The position numbers were made by a program, and so were the translations under genes. This document shows positions 38,165-51,110 of a stretch of 64,000 nt of DNA, piece after piece (positions within the stretch are counted from its first letter, which is position 1; each line of letters starts with the position of its first letter). The notes under the pieces are model-generated. The model did no database searches. It was not told the origin of the DNA and saw only the letters and a list, made by a program, of their open reading frames with translations. This DNA is from Batkoa obscura (Eukaryota), in assembly GCA_030770535.1 (NCBI GenBank), contig JASVEC010000001.1, positions 620,001 to 684,000 on the forward strand, read 5' to 3'.

Positions 38165-40548
38165 ATATAAAGTTCAACTATATTAATAACTTATATTAAT
38201 GTTGAGATATGTATTCTTAATTAAAATCTCCACTAAAATTCAAGTTTGATTTTTTACTAAAGTGGAAATGGATGAACTAAAATTATTCAACCCTCGAAGC
38301 CCTTAATCCATGAAAATTCCAACACTACTAATCTATATGACAATATGATTTGAATTAAAAATGGCATTAATAATATTATAATATCCTATCTATCTAACTA
38401 AATGGGTACTAATATAATGTTGGTCAAAAAAAGGGGTCGTCATCTCCATCATATCCTCTAAATCAATTATCCATCAATTATTCTTTAAAATTCATTTACC
38501 TCTAACAATAAAACACTTGAGAGTTTCACTCCTTCAAGATTAAAAAAATAAAAATGGATCAAATTCATAAAAGTTGAACTGATTAAGGTTTGATTTTAAT
38601 CCAACGAATGAGATTTTAAAAAATTAATAATTGCAAAAGTTCTAATTTAAGCTAAACCTTAAACTTTATCTTTAGTTAAAACCAACCCAGTGTTAAAAAA
38701 ACAATAAATGACGATAAAGTTTAAAATAAATATTAAATGAATAAATAATAATTTGGAAAATACAATTTCATTCCACTTATTTCATCAAATACCCTCGTTT
38801 GCTTTGATTGTCATTTTTACAATTCTTTGTCTGTTCACTTAAAGTTTTATTAACTTTTATGCTTATTAAAATTCTTTAATCTTATTGGTTAAATCAAAAT
38901 CAACCTTTACACTAGCTCAGTTTTATGAAAACCGATCCGGTTTTTTGAATAATATTATGTAAAGCTTTAAGGTAGATTGTCTTGCAATATTTAGCCATAT
39001 ATAATTAATAAAGTAAAATAGGAAGTAGTTGTATATAGTTAGCAATTTTTTTTACCTTTAATAGAGGAGGCGTCGACTAATTTGAACTAAAGTTTAAACC
39101 AAGTAAACGTACATTAATAAATAAAATAGGTTTTAACATTATGTAGTTGACTTGTTAGGATCACAAATTTCTGTAATATACTTTGTTATTTGATATTTTT
39201 GCAAGAAATGATGGTATAACTGAAGCCTATTCTCATTTTCATTCATAAATATAAAGAATATATATATCATTACTTTAAATCTCGATTAAGCATCATACCA
39301 TAATTGTACTTATAAAATCATTGAGACTTTAAAGTTAGTATGGATAATTGAATATTTTCTCTATCTGGGTATTCAGCGTGCTTATTTTATTTGGAAATTG
39401 TAACTTCGACTAAAATGACCTTAGCTTTTATATGAATTTTCATATATTCAAATTTATTAATTTATAATAAGTCATATGTGATAACTTACAATACAAAACT
39501 CATAACTTTATAAGTTTAAAAATAGCAATATATAAGGTACATCTTACTATTATTATTTTATAGAATAAATTATCTATTGTTATCATTAGTCATAGTTCCT
39601 TTTAATCTATAACTAAAATAATTGTTTATATAATCGTAAATTCGAATTAATAATGTTCGTAACTATTTAATGTTGTGAATTATTTCTCAAAGATTTAAAT
39701 GATAACAATGTCAAATACATGAATAATATTAAAATGTTTTATATTAACTTGCTTTATTGTAACTATAGCTAAGATCGTTTCCTTATTCATTTATACAAAT
39801 CAAGTCATTACTTTTTTTAGTACAATTAAATGAAACAATTTTTTATTCCATACTTTCCAAATATTATAATATTTATTATGTAGTTGGCTGCTTATCACTT
39901 TATATAGGCAGCTCATTAACGATTACATTAAATTATCATATTAGGAATATAATACAAATTACTTTTACTAGCTAAAAGATTAAGTACCCATCAATTTGTT
40001 TAAATTGCATAAATATTTAAATCCAAAACGTTTAATGTCATAAATAGTAAGTCTAATTAGGTTAAATTAAAAAATTAAAAAATCAAAAAATATATATATA
40101 TTATATAATAACAGCTTTATAATATAATATTTAATACTTGAATACATATCAAAAGGACTTAAAGTTGGCTATTAATAGATAAACTCCTATTGATTCCATT
40201 CTAGATCCAGGTTCGGATGTAAGTAATTTTAAATAGCTATTTTCAATTTTTACTTGATTAAAGGGTAAAAAGGATTAATGAAAAATTAAAGTTATAAACA
40301 AATAAATAGATATTCACTTTAAAAACATTAAATCAGTAGTATCACAAATATAACCCCCTAAATAAAAGAAATTTTGTCTATTTTTGGCACAAAAAAGAAC
40401 ATCGGTTGGTACTACTATGCTATCTAAAAGTAAATTATGATATAGAATGATTTATCACTAATTAGGACTTGAAAAAAAGTATATAAGTAAAGCTCATAAT
40501 TAATGTTTACTCTACAAATATTTTTTATTTATTTATTCATTATAAGAC

Positions 40549-41079
40549 ATGTTAGATTCTACCAAGAGTTATAAAACTTATACTTATAATTTTACATCAG
40601 TTCGAAATAACAGTAACAATGAAATGAAGGAAAGTAGGAAGATCAATAGCGATAGTAACGAAAAAACCACCAAAGAGCTTTTGAAAAAAGAGAGACGTAA
40701 GGTATTAGAATCAATATATACACTTAACCCATATCCTTGTAAAGATGCAAGGAAACAGATATCTCAGCAGTTACAAATGGATCCAAGAGAATTTCAAATT
40801 TGGTTTCAAAATCGTAGATCTAGAGAAAAGAAGAAGACAAGCATGATGCCAATAAATACTGGTTTACAATGGATTAATACCATCAAACCTTCTTATTTCT
40901 TAAAGCTCTCCTCGAGCTCATCCCCTCAAATGAATGATAATAATCTTAGTTTTTCTCCTACACTATCATCTCAAAGTAATTTTGAATCTAATTCTAATAC
41001 AATAGACCACTCTACTCCTCTTTCTTCTTCCTCAACTAAGAGTACAACAAGGATGAGTTTAAGCTACTTACTAATGTAA
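40549..41079 (+). CDS. Homeodomain transcription factor (paralogue 2)
   Basis: RKVLESIYTLNPYPCKDARKQISQQLQMDPREFQIWFQNRR. Confidence 0.92.
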   Translation: MLDSTKSYKTYTYNFTSVRNNSNNEMKESRKINSDSNEKTTKELLKKERRKVLESIYTLNPYPCKDARKQISQQLQMDPREFQIWFQNRRSREKKKTSMMPINTGLQWINTIKPSYFLKLSSSSSPQMNDNNLSFSPTLSSQSNFESNSNTIDHSTPLSSSSTKSTTRMSLSYLLM

Positions 41080-41127
41080 TTCTTCTTCTAAGCTTATTTA
41101 TATATATTATTCCTTAATAAAACTATA

Positions 41128-41556
41128 CAGTGTTAATATAAATTGTCCCAAAATTGAAGGACTAAATTTTGGACGATTATTTCTCAATAAAGTGTAATCA
41201 AAAATAACTCTTTATTTTCTATTATATTTGAAAATACTATATAAATAGTTATGTAAAATATTGACTTTATAGGTTTAATATTGAACTAACTATAACATCT
41301 CAAACTAATGTTAAAAGTAGGACAATCTTTGAGGGGGCTATCTCAAAAAACACTAAATTTCAAAATAGTTTTAATGTTAGTTTGATTGGCTTTATAGGCT
41401 CAATATTAAACCTATAAAGTCAATATTTTACATAACTATTTATATAGTATTTTCAAATATAATAGAAAATAAAGAGTTATTTTTGATTACACTTTATTGA
41501 GAAATAATCGTCCAAAATTTAGTCCTTCAATTTTGGGACAATTTATATTAACACTG
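41128..41556. mobile_element. Tc1/mariner-type non-autonomous foldback element
   Basis: TA|CAGTG...CACTG|TA with perfect 157-bp inverted arms (41128-41284, 41400-41556) and no transposase. Confidence 0.85.
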
Positions 41557-41569
41557 TATAGTTTTATTA

Positions 41570-41646
41570 TTAACTTTTCCATCTTTTGAGCGCTATCTAA
41601 GCGGAAAAATTGTTAGTAAAATTCTTAGACACAAAAACACATCCCC
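41570..41646. mobile_element. MITE lacking one terminus, abutting the foldback element
   Basis: TTTTCCATCTTTTGAGCGCTATC...CACATCCCC followed by ATAT. Confidence 0.8.
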
Positions 41647-41734
41647 ATATATATTACTATTTTTATAATCTACATTAGTTAATTTTTATAATTTAAATAA
41701 ATATTAAAATAAACAATTTTTAAATAAAAAACAT

Positions 41735-41832
41735 GAGAATGTATTTTTGTGTTTAATAATTTTACTAACAGTTTTTTCACTCAAATAGCGCTTAAAAGAT
41801 GGAAAAGTGATGAAGCCAAAGAAAACACCCCC
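41735..41832. mobile_element. MITE
   Basis: GAGAATGTATTTT...AAAACACCCCC, ACAT duplicated on both sides. Confidence 0.9.
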
Positions 41833-43227
41833 ACATGCTTATATTATAATATTTTTTTAATGCTTTATTAAATTTTATATTTTAAATTATAGCTTAATAA
41901 TTACTAAAATCATAAAAATTTTAATATATATGTTTTATAGCTTTTATAAAATTTAGTACTTAAAGCTTAATTGCTTTATAGTTACAAAAGGCTCAAAATT
42001 AAAAAAGTTTGTAATAACTTATTAGAAAAATATATAAAATACAAATAAAAGTTATTTAATAAGACACAAAGTTATACTAGCAATAATAATAAATAAATAA
42101 ATAAAATAGATACTTATATTAAAATATCACTTAACATAAGTAAAAAATATATATATAAATTTTATAATAAAAAGCTGAGAGCGTAAATAAAGTTCAATAT
42201 TTAATTATACAATAAAACGTTATATTTTATATAAAAACAGTCATTGTTTACGAAGTTACAATCTTAGATAAAACTAATAATTAATAATTTTTAGTTTACA
42301 TAATTAAAATAAACTACAATTTATAAATATAATATATATATATTAACAAATTATATCAAAGGATAAAAATAAACATAGTAAAAAATAAATCAAATAACAT
42401 ATATAGGCTTTAATAAAAATAAAGCATAATAATATTTAAACAACCAAAACATAAACTATAAAAACTAATTTTATAACTTATGTTACTTTGCTAAATTACT
42501 TAAAGCTGTTAAAAGTTTAAGCTAATTTAAGACTTTTTTATTTAAACTAATTTATGAGTAATATTATTTTATTTTTAACATTTTTAACTAAAATATGATA
42601 GTTTTAAAAATAATAACCTTTATATTTATAATGAATCCAGATTATAATGCTGTAGTAACTATATTTATTCAAATAAACTAATAATAATTAATTTAGTTTA
42701 AAAATGAATATGAACATTTTAAATCATAAAAAATATATTTTATAATTACTTAAAACAAATTAAAATTATCAAATTTCAAATCTATTTTACTTTCTGATTA
42801 ACTAATAATAAAAATTATTTAATAAAAATATTTATATATTATATTGTTTCTAATAAAAAATGCAATTTATATTTAATATAGTTAAAAAATCTAAAATTCA
42901 ATTAGCTTATATTTAAATAAAATCAATTTTAGAATTGTTTATTGTAAGTTAAGTTTAAAATTATAATTAAAAGAAAACCTTATTATTTTATTATAATCTG
43001 TTGTTTTCACTTAAAATTATATAGTTAAAATAAGTCAATTAATGATTTTTTTAAATTTGTTATATAAAGTAAAAAAACATTATAAAAGCTTATTATTGGA
43101 TATTAAAACAGTTCTAAAAAAATCTAATGCTTATAATAAAATTTATCATATAGTATAGTATAAACCGTGTCACTTGAACCATGATTTTCCTAAAAATAAA
43201 TCATACTTTTCGAAAAATTAATTATAT

Positions 43228-43323
43228 GGGGATGTATTTTTTTGTTTAAGAATCTTACTAATAATTTTTCTGCTTAAATAGCGTTTAAAAATGGAAAATA
43301 ATGAAACCAAAAAAAACATCCCC
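43228..43323. mobile_element. MITE
   Basis: GGGGATGTATTTT...AAACATCCCC, ATAT duplicated. Confidence 0.92.
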
Positions 43324-43562
43324 ATATTGCGAAATATGTGGGAATATTTTTGTGTTTCAGTATTTAACTAATTTTAAGCTCTATAAAGGTGGGGGAAATA
43401 GTTCTATAAAAAAGACGTCTCATTAAACTTTTTAGTAAAATGTTTTACTAAACTTTCAAAAAACTACTGTTTAAAAATAAGCTATAAAAACTATGAATCA
43501 TATCAAATATTTTAGAATCTCTTTGGTAAAAATACCACAGCTAAAAAAATCCAATTATTAAA

Positions 43563-46500
43563 ATTCAATTATTTACTTTAATAAAGTTTAAATGTAAAGA
43601 GTCAAATATGCGCAAATTATTAATTGATTATATCATATCAATATATAAATAGAATAACATAAATACAATAGATTTTGATCTTATTAGCTACGTCTCAATT
43701 GCTTTAAAATCCTAAAGATTTCCTAATACGAACTTTGTAAAATCATTAATAACCCATAACTGTGATCTTGATTTGGGTCCCAGATTGCCTAATCTAAGTT
43801 AATTCCACACGTATTAAGCCAAAGTATCCGTAAATTAGTGGTTACTAACTTTACTCAATATTAGAGGTCTATAGAATATATACTTCATGCACGAATTTCA
43901 AAATTGATATCAGTAAATTAGATACAGTCCTACAATCAACCTTACTGTCGAATATTCTTAAAAAGTATTGAGTGATTTAGCTAGCTAATATAGGCTTCAT
44001 AAAGTTATAAAATAATAAAATGCGATAAAAAGTATTCATTATTGTTTATTTATCTACTAAACATTAATTTATTAGCCCATATAAACTAGCAAATCATAGC
44101 TCATAACTTAATTCATTAACACACAACTTTATTCAATCATATTGTGTAAAATATTTGATTATTATTATCCAGCTTTTCGAAATGATTAATCCTCTCTATT
44201 TATCTGATTACATCTATTACTTAATACAAATAGGTGATTTTATGAATTTAAATAGCTAGAAATATTATATAAAATTCTTATTGTAAATTTATATACGCTC
44301 AAATATATGATGTATTTGTTTGTAGATGAATATTCAATAAATATTTAAGACTATAAAATCTAGACCAAATAATACAATAAAAGCTCTATTATTCTTAAAT
44401 ACCTGGAGTAATGTATAAAAAAGTATTACTACGGTTAGAAATGTAATATTTATTGAAGTTCATAAGATTATTCGGAGTATCAGAGTATAATTTAAAGTAT
44501 ATTTCTAAGATAATTACTAGCTAGTTGACATCATCTTGTGGCTTTATAACAAATATGTAGTATAAAAACTTGGTGGTTATATTATACCAAATATCTACTT
44601 ACCCTCTTGAAAATATAGGCTAAATGCCCACAATGGCTTTATTAATATAAATAAAAAGATAGATAAAGTATGCAAATAGACGATTGTATAATAAAAATAT
44701 GAAACCTGATAAGATCAGCTTCTAAAGAATAATTTACCAAATCAACTAGTTTAAATAGCTTTATTAATAACTCTTATCAAGAATAGCTAAAGTGTAATCG
44801 GAATTGTTATAACTTTGAATATCTTCTTTTATATAAAAACGCAACTTCAATTACTAATAATATAAAGTTCAACTACAATAATAATCTATACTGATAATGA
44901 GATATATATCCTTTATATGAAAGCTGTATTAAAATCTAAGCTATTTTCATGGAAGTTTGGAAATAGATAAACCCTAGCTACTCAGCCACTAAAGTCCTTA
45001 ATCCATGAGAATTTCGACATTACTAGCTTATATTGTAGCATGATTTAATTAAATTAAAAATGGCATTAATAAAGCACATGACATTTCATCTGTATGGCTA
45101 AATGGGTACTGAAATAGAGCTTTGAGGCAAATGTCTTGTGATACTTAACCATACGCATAATTGCTAACATAATTCGGAAGTAGGTTTATTAATATAGTTA
45201 ATGATTTTTTTTTACCTTTAATAGAGGAGGCGTCGACTAATTTGAACTAAAGTTTAAACCAAGTAAACGTACATTAATAAATAAAATAGGTTTTAACATT
45301 ATGTAGTTGACTTGTTAGGATCACAAATTTCTGTAATATACTTTGTTATTTGATATTTTTGCAAGAAATGATGGTATAACTGAAGCCTATTCTCATTTTC
45401 ATTCATAAATATAAAGAATATATATATCATTACTTTAAATCTCGATTAAGCATCATACCATAATTGTACTTATAAAATCATTGAGACTTTAAAGTTAGTA
45501 TGGATAATTGAATATTTTCTCTATCTGGGTATTCAGCATGCTTATTTTATTTGAAAATTGTAACTTCGACTAAAATGACCTTAGCTTTTATATGAATTTT
45601 CATATATTCAAATTTATTAATTTATAATAAGTCATATGTGATAACTTACAATACAAAACTCATAACTTTATAAGTTTAAAAATAGCAATATATAAGGCGC
45701 ATCTTACTATTATTGTTTTATAGAATAAATTATCTATTGTTATCATTAGTCATAGTTCCTTTTAATCTATAACTAAAATAATTGTTTATATAATCGTAAA
45801 TTCGAATTAATAATGTTCATAACTATTTAATTATATAAATTATTTTATTTGAAAGGTTTATTAAAGGCAATGTTAAATACATGAATAATATTAAAATAAT
45901 TTGGATATTACTAATTTATTGTAACATAACTAAAGTCATTCCGCTATTCATTCATACAGCTTAAGACTACTTTTTTTTAGTACAATTAAATGAAACAATT
46001 TTTTATTCCATACTTTCCAAATATTATAATATTTATTATGTAGTTGGCTGCTTATCACTTTATATAGGCAGCTCATTAACGATTACATTAAATTATCATA
46101 TTAGGAATATAATACAAATTACTTTTACTAGCTAAAAGATTAAGTACCCATCAATTTGTTTAAATTGCATAAATATTTAAATCCAAAACGTTTAATGTCA
46201 TAAATAGTAAGTCTAATTAGGTTAAATTAAAAAATTAAAATCAAATAATACATATACATTATATAATAACAGTTTTATAATATAATATTTAATACTTGAA
46301 TACATATCAAAAGGACTTAAAGTTGGCTATTAATAGATCAGCCTTCATTAATCTCATTTTGATGCCAACTTTGGATGTGAGTAATCTTATTAAGTAACTA
46401 TTTTCAATTTTAATTAATTGAAGGACAAAAAGGATTAATAATAAAATTAAAGTTATAAACAAATAAATAGATATTCACTTTAAAAACATTAAATCAGTAA

Positions 46501-47290
46501 TATCAAATATAAAAACTCCCAATTGAAGAAATTTTGTCTATTTTTGGCACAAAAAACAATTTTAATTACTATTATCATGCTATTTAAAAGTAAATTATGA
46601 TATAGAATGATTTATCACTAATTAGGACTTGAAAAAAAGTATATAAGTAAAGCTCATAATTAATGTTTACTCTACAAATATTTTTTATTTATTTATTCAT
46701 TATAAGACATGTTAGATTCTACCAAGAGTTATAAAACTTATACTTATAATTTTACATCAGTTCGAAATAACAGTAACAATGAAATGAAGGAAAGTAGGAA
46801 GATCAATAGCGATAGTAACGAAAAAACCACCAAAGAGCTTTTGAAAAAAGAGAGACGTAAGGTATTAGAATCAATATATACACTTAACCCATATCCTTGT
46901 AAAGATGCAAGGAAACAGATATCTCAGCAGTTACAAATGGATCCAAGAGAATTTCAAATTTGGTTTCAAAATCGTAGATCTAGAGAAAAGAAGAAGACAA
47001 GCATGATACCAATAAATACTGGTTTACAATGGATTAATACCATCAAATCTTCTTATTTCTTAAAGCTCTCCTCGAGCTCATCCCCTCAAATGAATGATAA
47101 TAATCTTAGTTTTTCTCCTACACTATCATCTCAAAGTAATTTTGAATCTAATTCTAATACAATAGACCACTCTACTCCTCTTTCTTCTTCCTCAACTAAG
47201 AGTACAACAAGGATGAGTTTGAATTATTTATTAATATAGTTCTTTTCTTTAACCTTATTTCATATACCACTTCTTAAATAAAATATATGA
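43563..47290 (+). repeat. Tandem segmental duplication, unit B
   Basis: Colinear with unit A; offset is 6160 bp over the gene-proximal part. Confidence 0.9.
46709..47239 (+). CDS. Homeodomain transcription factor (paralogue 3)
   Basis: Differs from paralogue 2 at four residues (M/I, P/S and C-terminal SYLLM/NYLLI). Confidence 0.92.
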   Translation: MLDSTKSYKTYTYNFTSVRNNSNNEMKESRKINSDSNEKTTKELLKKERRKVLESIYTLNPYPCKDARKQISQQLQMDPREFQIWFQNRRSREKKKTSMIPINTGLQWINTIKSSYFLKLSSSSSPQMNDNNLSFSPTLSSQSNFESNSNTIDHSTPLSSSSTKSTTRMSLNYLLI

Positions 47291-47348
47291 CTGTACTATT
47301 AATTTACGCATGTCGAACATTTTTAGAATAGTTTTTAGTAAATGATAT

Positions 47349-47442
47349 GGGGATGTATTTTTGTTTAAAAATTTTACCAACCTTTCCGCTCAAATAGCGC
47401 TTAATAAATGGAAAAAATAATGAAGCCAAAAAAAACATCCCC
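47349..47442. mobile_element. MITE
   Basis: GGGGATGTATTTT...AAACATCCCC, ATAT duplicated. Confidence 0.92.
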
Positions 47443-48100
47443 ATATGGTCAAGATGTACATAAAGGTTCCAGTGATTTGGGCTATTCCGTCAAATATGGT
47501 TCATTCATAATAGTTTTACATTTTGTTTTAATTTATTGTAAAGCTACTAAACTAACTAAAAAGGTAATTACCAATTAATTTATAATCTATAAAACAAGCT
47601 TTAAATCCTTATAAAATTATATATTATACCGCTATGTATAATTTTAAAAATGTTAATGTATAGTCTTGATATTAAAATTCCCAATTTAAGCAAACTAGTT
47701 TAAATCAATTAATTGTTAGGATTATTTTTTATCAAATATCTTTATTCATACATGTTTGATAAAAAGCTAAAATGGTAATTTGTATTACCAAAATGCAAAA
47801 TGCAAAATGCAAAATATTATATTAACTAACAATCGGGATTACATACAGAATAAGGCTTTATAGTTGTTTTGGGGGGTACAAAGGCGGATATTAAAGTAAA
47901 GACAAAGGCAATCAACAAAACGAGAAATATGATTTCGTTTTAAATGAAATTTGTTTAATAGTATTTGAAACATAAATGGTTCAATTGAAAGAATTTATGT
48001 ATCTATTAATTTCTAAAAATTCATAATAATCAAACTAAAGGCAACCCAGTAAAACTTGAAATATAATACACACTTAAATTTTTAAAAATAACAAAAATCA

Positions 48101-48172
48101 CTTCCTCACGGGGAATCGAACCCCGGCCGTTCCGGTGAAAGCGGAAAATCCTAACCACTGGACCATGAAGAA
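48101..48172 (-). tRNA. tRNA-Glu(UUC)
   Basis: Acceptor TTCTTCA/TGAGGAA, anticodon arm TTCCG-CTTTCAC-CGGAA, T arm CGGGG-TTCGATT-CCCCG. Confidence 0.95.
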
Positions 48173-48233
48173 CTATGATATCTAGCAAGATTATAAAATT
48201 ATAACTTTTTTTAAACATCATAATAAACAATAT

Positions 48234-48332
48234 GGGAGTGTTTTTTTTGGTTTCATTATTTTTTCCATTTTTTAAGCACTATTTAAGCGGAAAGATTGTT
48301 AGTAAAATTCTTAAACAAAAAAATACACCCCC
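48234..48332. mobile_element. MITE
   Basis: GGGAGTGTTTT...ATACACCCCC, ATAT duplicated. Confidence 0.92.
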
Positions 48333-48388
48333 ATATTGCAAATATATTCTGAAAAAATACTATACTCATTAGCAATTTATTTTATTAA

Positions 48389-49632
48389 TTAATCTTCATT
48401 TTCATTTTCTAAACCTACCTCCTTTTCATCAAATAAAGTCACAAATGGATTTTGTTGGCTTGAGTATGAGTGGATCGATGTCTTTGTCAGCTGCGTTTGG
48501 TTTTCTCCGATAACAAACTCCAAGTCGTCTTTATTTGATGAATCCCATGATTTATAAAACATCATTACTGACAACAATAAAAGTAAGGAGTAAAAGAAAG
48601 CACCATCTAAATAATGCTTACTATTGGCACATATACTGTTATTAAATAAATATAAACTCATTTGTGAAAATAAAAAGAAGATCAATGAGATGATTAAATC
48701 GCCTAGTAAATCAAGTTAATTATATTATTATTTCCATTTAAAAAATTTACCAATCGGCCAATATGAGTCAACGTGGTACCATAAATATACTATCCTTATT
48801 ATCAAAAACAATGCTAGCAATACTGGGCTTATTATATATTGAAATACATACATTACCACCGGGTTTTCTCTTTCTAAACCAGCTTTACTGTTGAAAGTAG
48901 TTAACGCAATGATCAAGCCAGATAAAAATACTCCAAGTGAAGAAAGACGTGTTGACTATTATTAATTTAATAGAAGTTATAATAAATAATAAATAATAAT
49001 ACCCAATTCATAAGTGAAATAGATTCTTGGTCGTCCAGTTGAGATTTTTTATATCTTAATAAAACCGGAAAATAATCGTAATAGGAAGAAATTGAAAATA
49101 ACAATAAGCTCCATGGAATTGTTATACTAATTGCAAAATGAATACCAACAAAAAACTATAATTAAAATTGTTAATTCTTTTATCATTACTGTTAATGCTA
49201 TTATATTACTGTATAGCTATAAGTTCCCATAGGTATTATATTAGTTATAGTGAATAATTCTACAACGTTATATGCTAGATACAGATAAAAGAACAGATTA
49301 ATAATTTTTTTTCCTATATAATATCAGAATCAAATATTGACTTTAATAAAGCTGTTTACCATTAACAGCAGCGATTTTATATTTGATAGAATATAAAATA
49401 ATCATGGTCATAACTATACTGGTTATATATACAAATAGTGAAGCTAAAATTGTTGAGTTATTGGTATTTATCATATTCTAATAGTCGACTTACCTATTTC
49501 AAATAAATAGGCGTTCCCAATTTTAATACCACGACTTGAACATAAAGTAAACAATCCAAATTGGCTATCAATTAATGGGCATATATTCAACACGGCATTT
49601 GAGCATATACTTTTATAATCACCTAACTTCAT
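48389..49632 (-). CDS. CHS7: Chitin synthase export chaperone (Chs7-like), about six exons
   Basis: MKLGDYKSICSNAVLNICPLI..CSSRGI, KYKIAAV, SICANSKHYLDGAFF..LLSVMMFYKSWDSSNKDDLEF. Confidence 0.85.
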
Positions 49633-51110
49633 CCTAATTTATTTAAAAAAGATAAAAAGATAAAATTAAATAAAAATCTACCATTCTATCTCTCATTTTA
49701 CTTCTTGATTTATATAATTCAAGATTCATATTCTTTATTTTTTAGTTTCTCTTACTTCCTTTTCCTTACAATTTTAATTCTCAATCGTTACTCTTATTAA
49801 ATCTAACTTTCTCTTATTTTGTTCTAATTTGTATTGATTCTTAGTCTAAGTTCAATCCAAAAGCGTTTCAGTTGTCTTTTTTAAATTTGCCTTCAATTAT
49901 TTTGGTTATTATTTTATTGCTGTTGAGGTTCTATTGCGACCTATTTAGTGATAATTTTAGAATCACTTATTTCGTTGGTTGGCTTTTTTAATATGAAACC
50001 TATATTTTAGCCTACTTTTAGCTAAATTTTACTCTTGTATACAGATTAGTTTAAAAGTTTGGTTTAAATTTTGTTCATTTTAGTTTTAGTAAAAATTGTA
50101 AAGTAAGCACCAAGTGCTACAAAAATAGCTACTTTGCTCAATTTTAAGATTAATTATATAGGAGGAGTATTTTTCTGCCATCTATTTGGTATTTTTTTCG
50201 AAATTTTAACTGAGCTTTTAAACTTACCTATACACAATTATTTAGATCACAATAGACCCGCAACATCTACAAAGCTTATTTTATTAAATAAACCAGTTTT
50301 GACTTTTTTAGCTTAAGCTAAATTAGGTTACAATTTGTTTAAAATTTCGTATATTACTTTGCGAAAAACGTCTTTTATAACTTAATAATTTATAATTATG
50401 CTTACTAAACAGAAAGTTTGTAGTGGATCAAAAACTAATACTATAGCTAAGTTAAAGTTTTAAAAATTAAAAGCTCGAGTGAGAGTGTCATACTTTTAAA
50501 ACTAACACGAAGTATAGATATCCGGCGGTTTTCACTCGTATACCCTTAAATAAATAGGAGATTTACCACTATTGTTTAGTGTTAATTAACTAATGTAGTT
50601 GGATTTTACATTTTGAAGCATTTTACAAATTTAGTATTTTTTATCCCTATAAAATATAGATTAATTTCTAAAAGTAAACTTTCAGTTGAGCATTTATTTT
50701 GCTATTTTACACAATTAAGATAAATTGAGTTACAATATGTTTTAACAATAGTTTTATTTTTTAGTATAGTAACTTCTATAAACATTCTAATGTATTGTGT
50801 ATATTTAAGTTATAACTATGGTGTCATAATTGTAGTTGTAATAATTTATCAGCGAGTAGCTTGGTGAAATAATGTACTCAATGAAGAGGAGTATAACTTC
50901 ATTGAGCTTTACCCTAGAGAGAAAGAAATGCTATGTTTGGACCTAAAGGTCAATAGTAAGTTAATAAGTAATATTACTTAGAGCTTATGTCATAATGTAT
51001 ATCAGTTTCATTTAAAAATTAAATAGAGGTAGCTTATTTATTTGATATTATAAGTCTAATTATAATAATTTACATAATATTTAAAGAAAAAGATTGAAAG
51101 AGGTTGAAAA

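Larger units (their letters stand above)
36480..41125 (+). repeat. Tandem segmental duplication, unit A (homeobox gene plus ~4 kb upstream)
   Basis: Colinear with ~43563-47290. Near-identical blocks at 37305-37647, ~39046-39670, ~39811-40080 and ~40430-41060. Confidence 0.9.

Noticed and set aside
37250..38400. Possible decayed membrane-protein gene on the minus strand within the duplication unit
   Set aside because: Hydrophobic-looking translations are expected in AT-rich DNA; many stops and no motif.
33037..41079. Divergent homeobox pair as a basidiomycete-like HD1/HD2 mating-type locus
   Set aside because: Both genes are close paralogues of the same WFQNRR non-TALE class, 7 kb apart, without evident dimerisation domains. 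No HD1 partner or typical flanking genes.
48101..48332. tRNA-targeted MITE insertion (also near 4511 and 60608)
   Set aside because: Distances and sides vary, and most copies are far from tRNAs; proximity is expected at this density.
50476..50538. Potential hairpin CGAGTGAGA...TTTCACTCG
   Set aside because: Short stem with no riboswitch, snoRNA or snRNA signature; could be chance.
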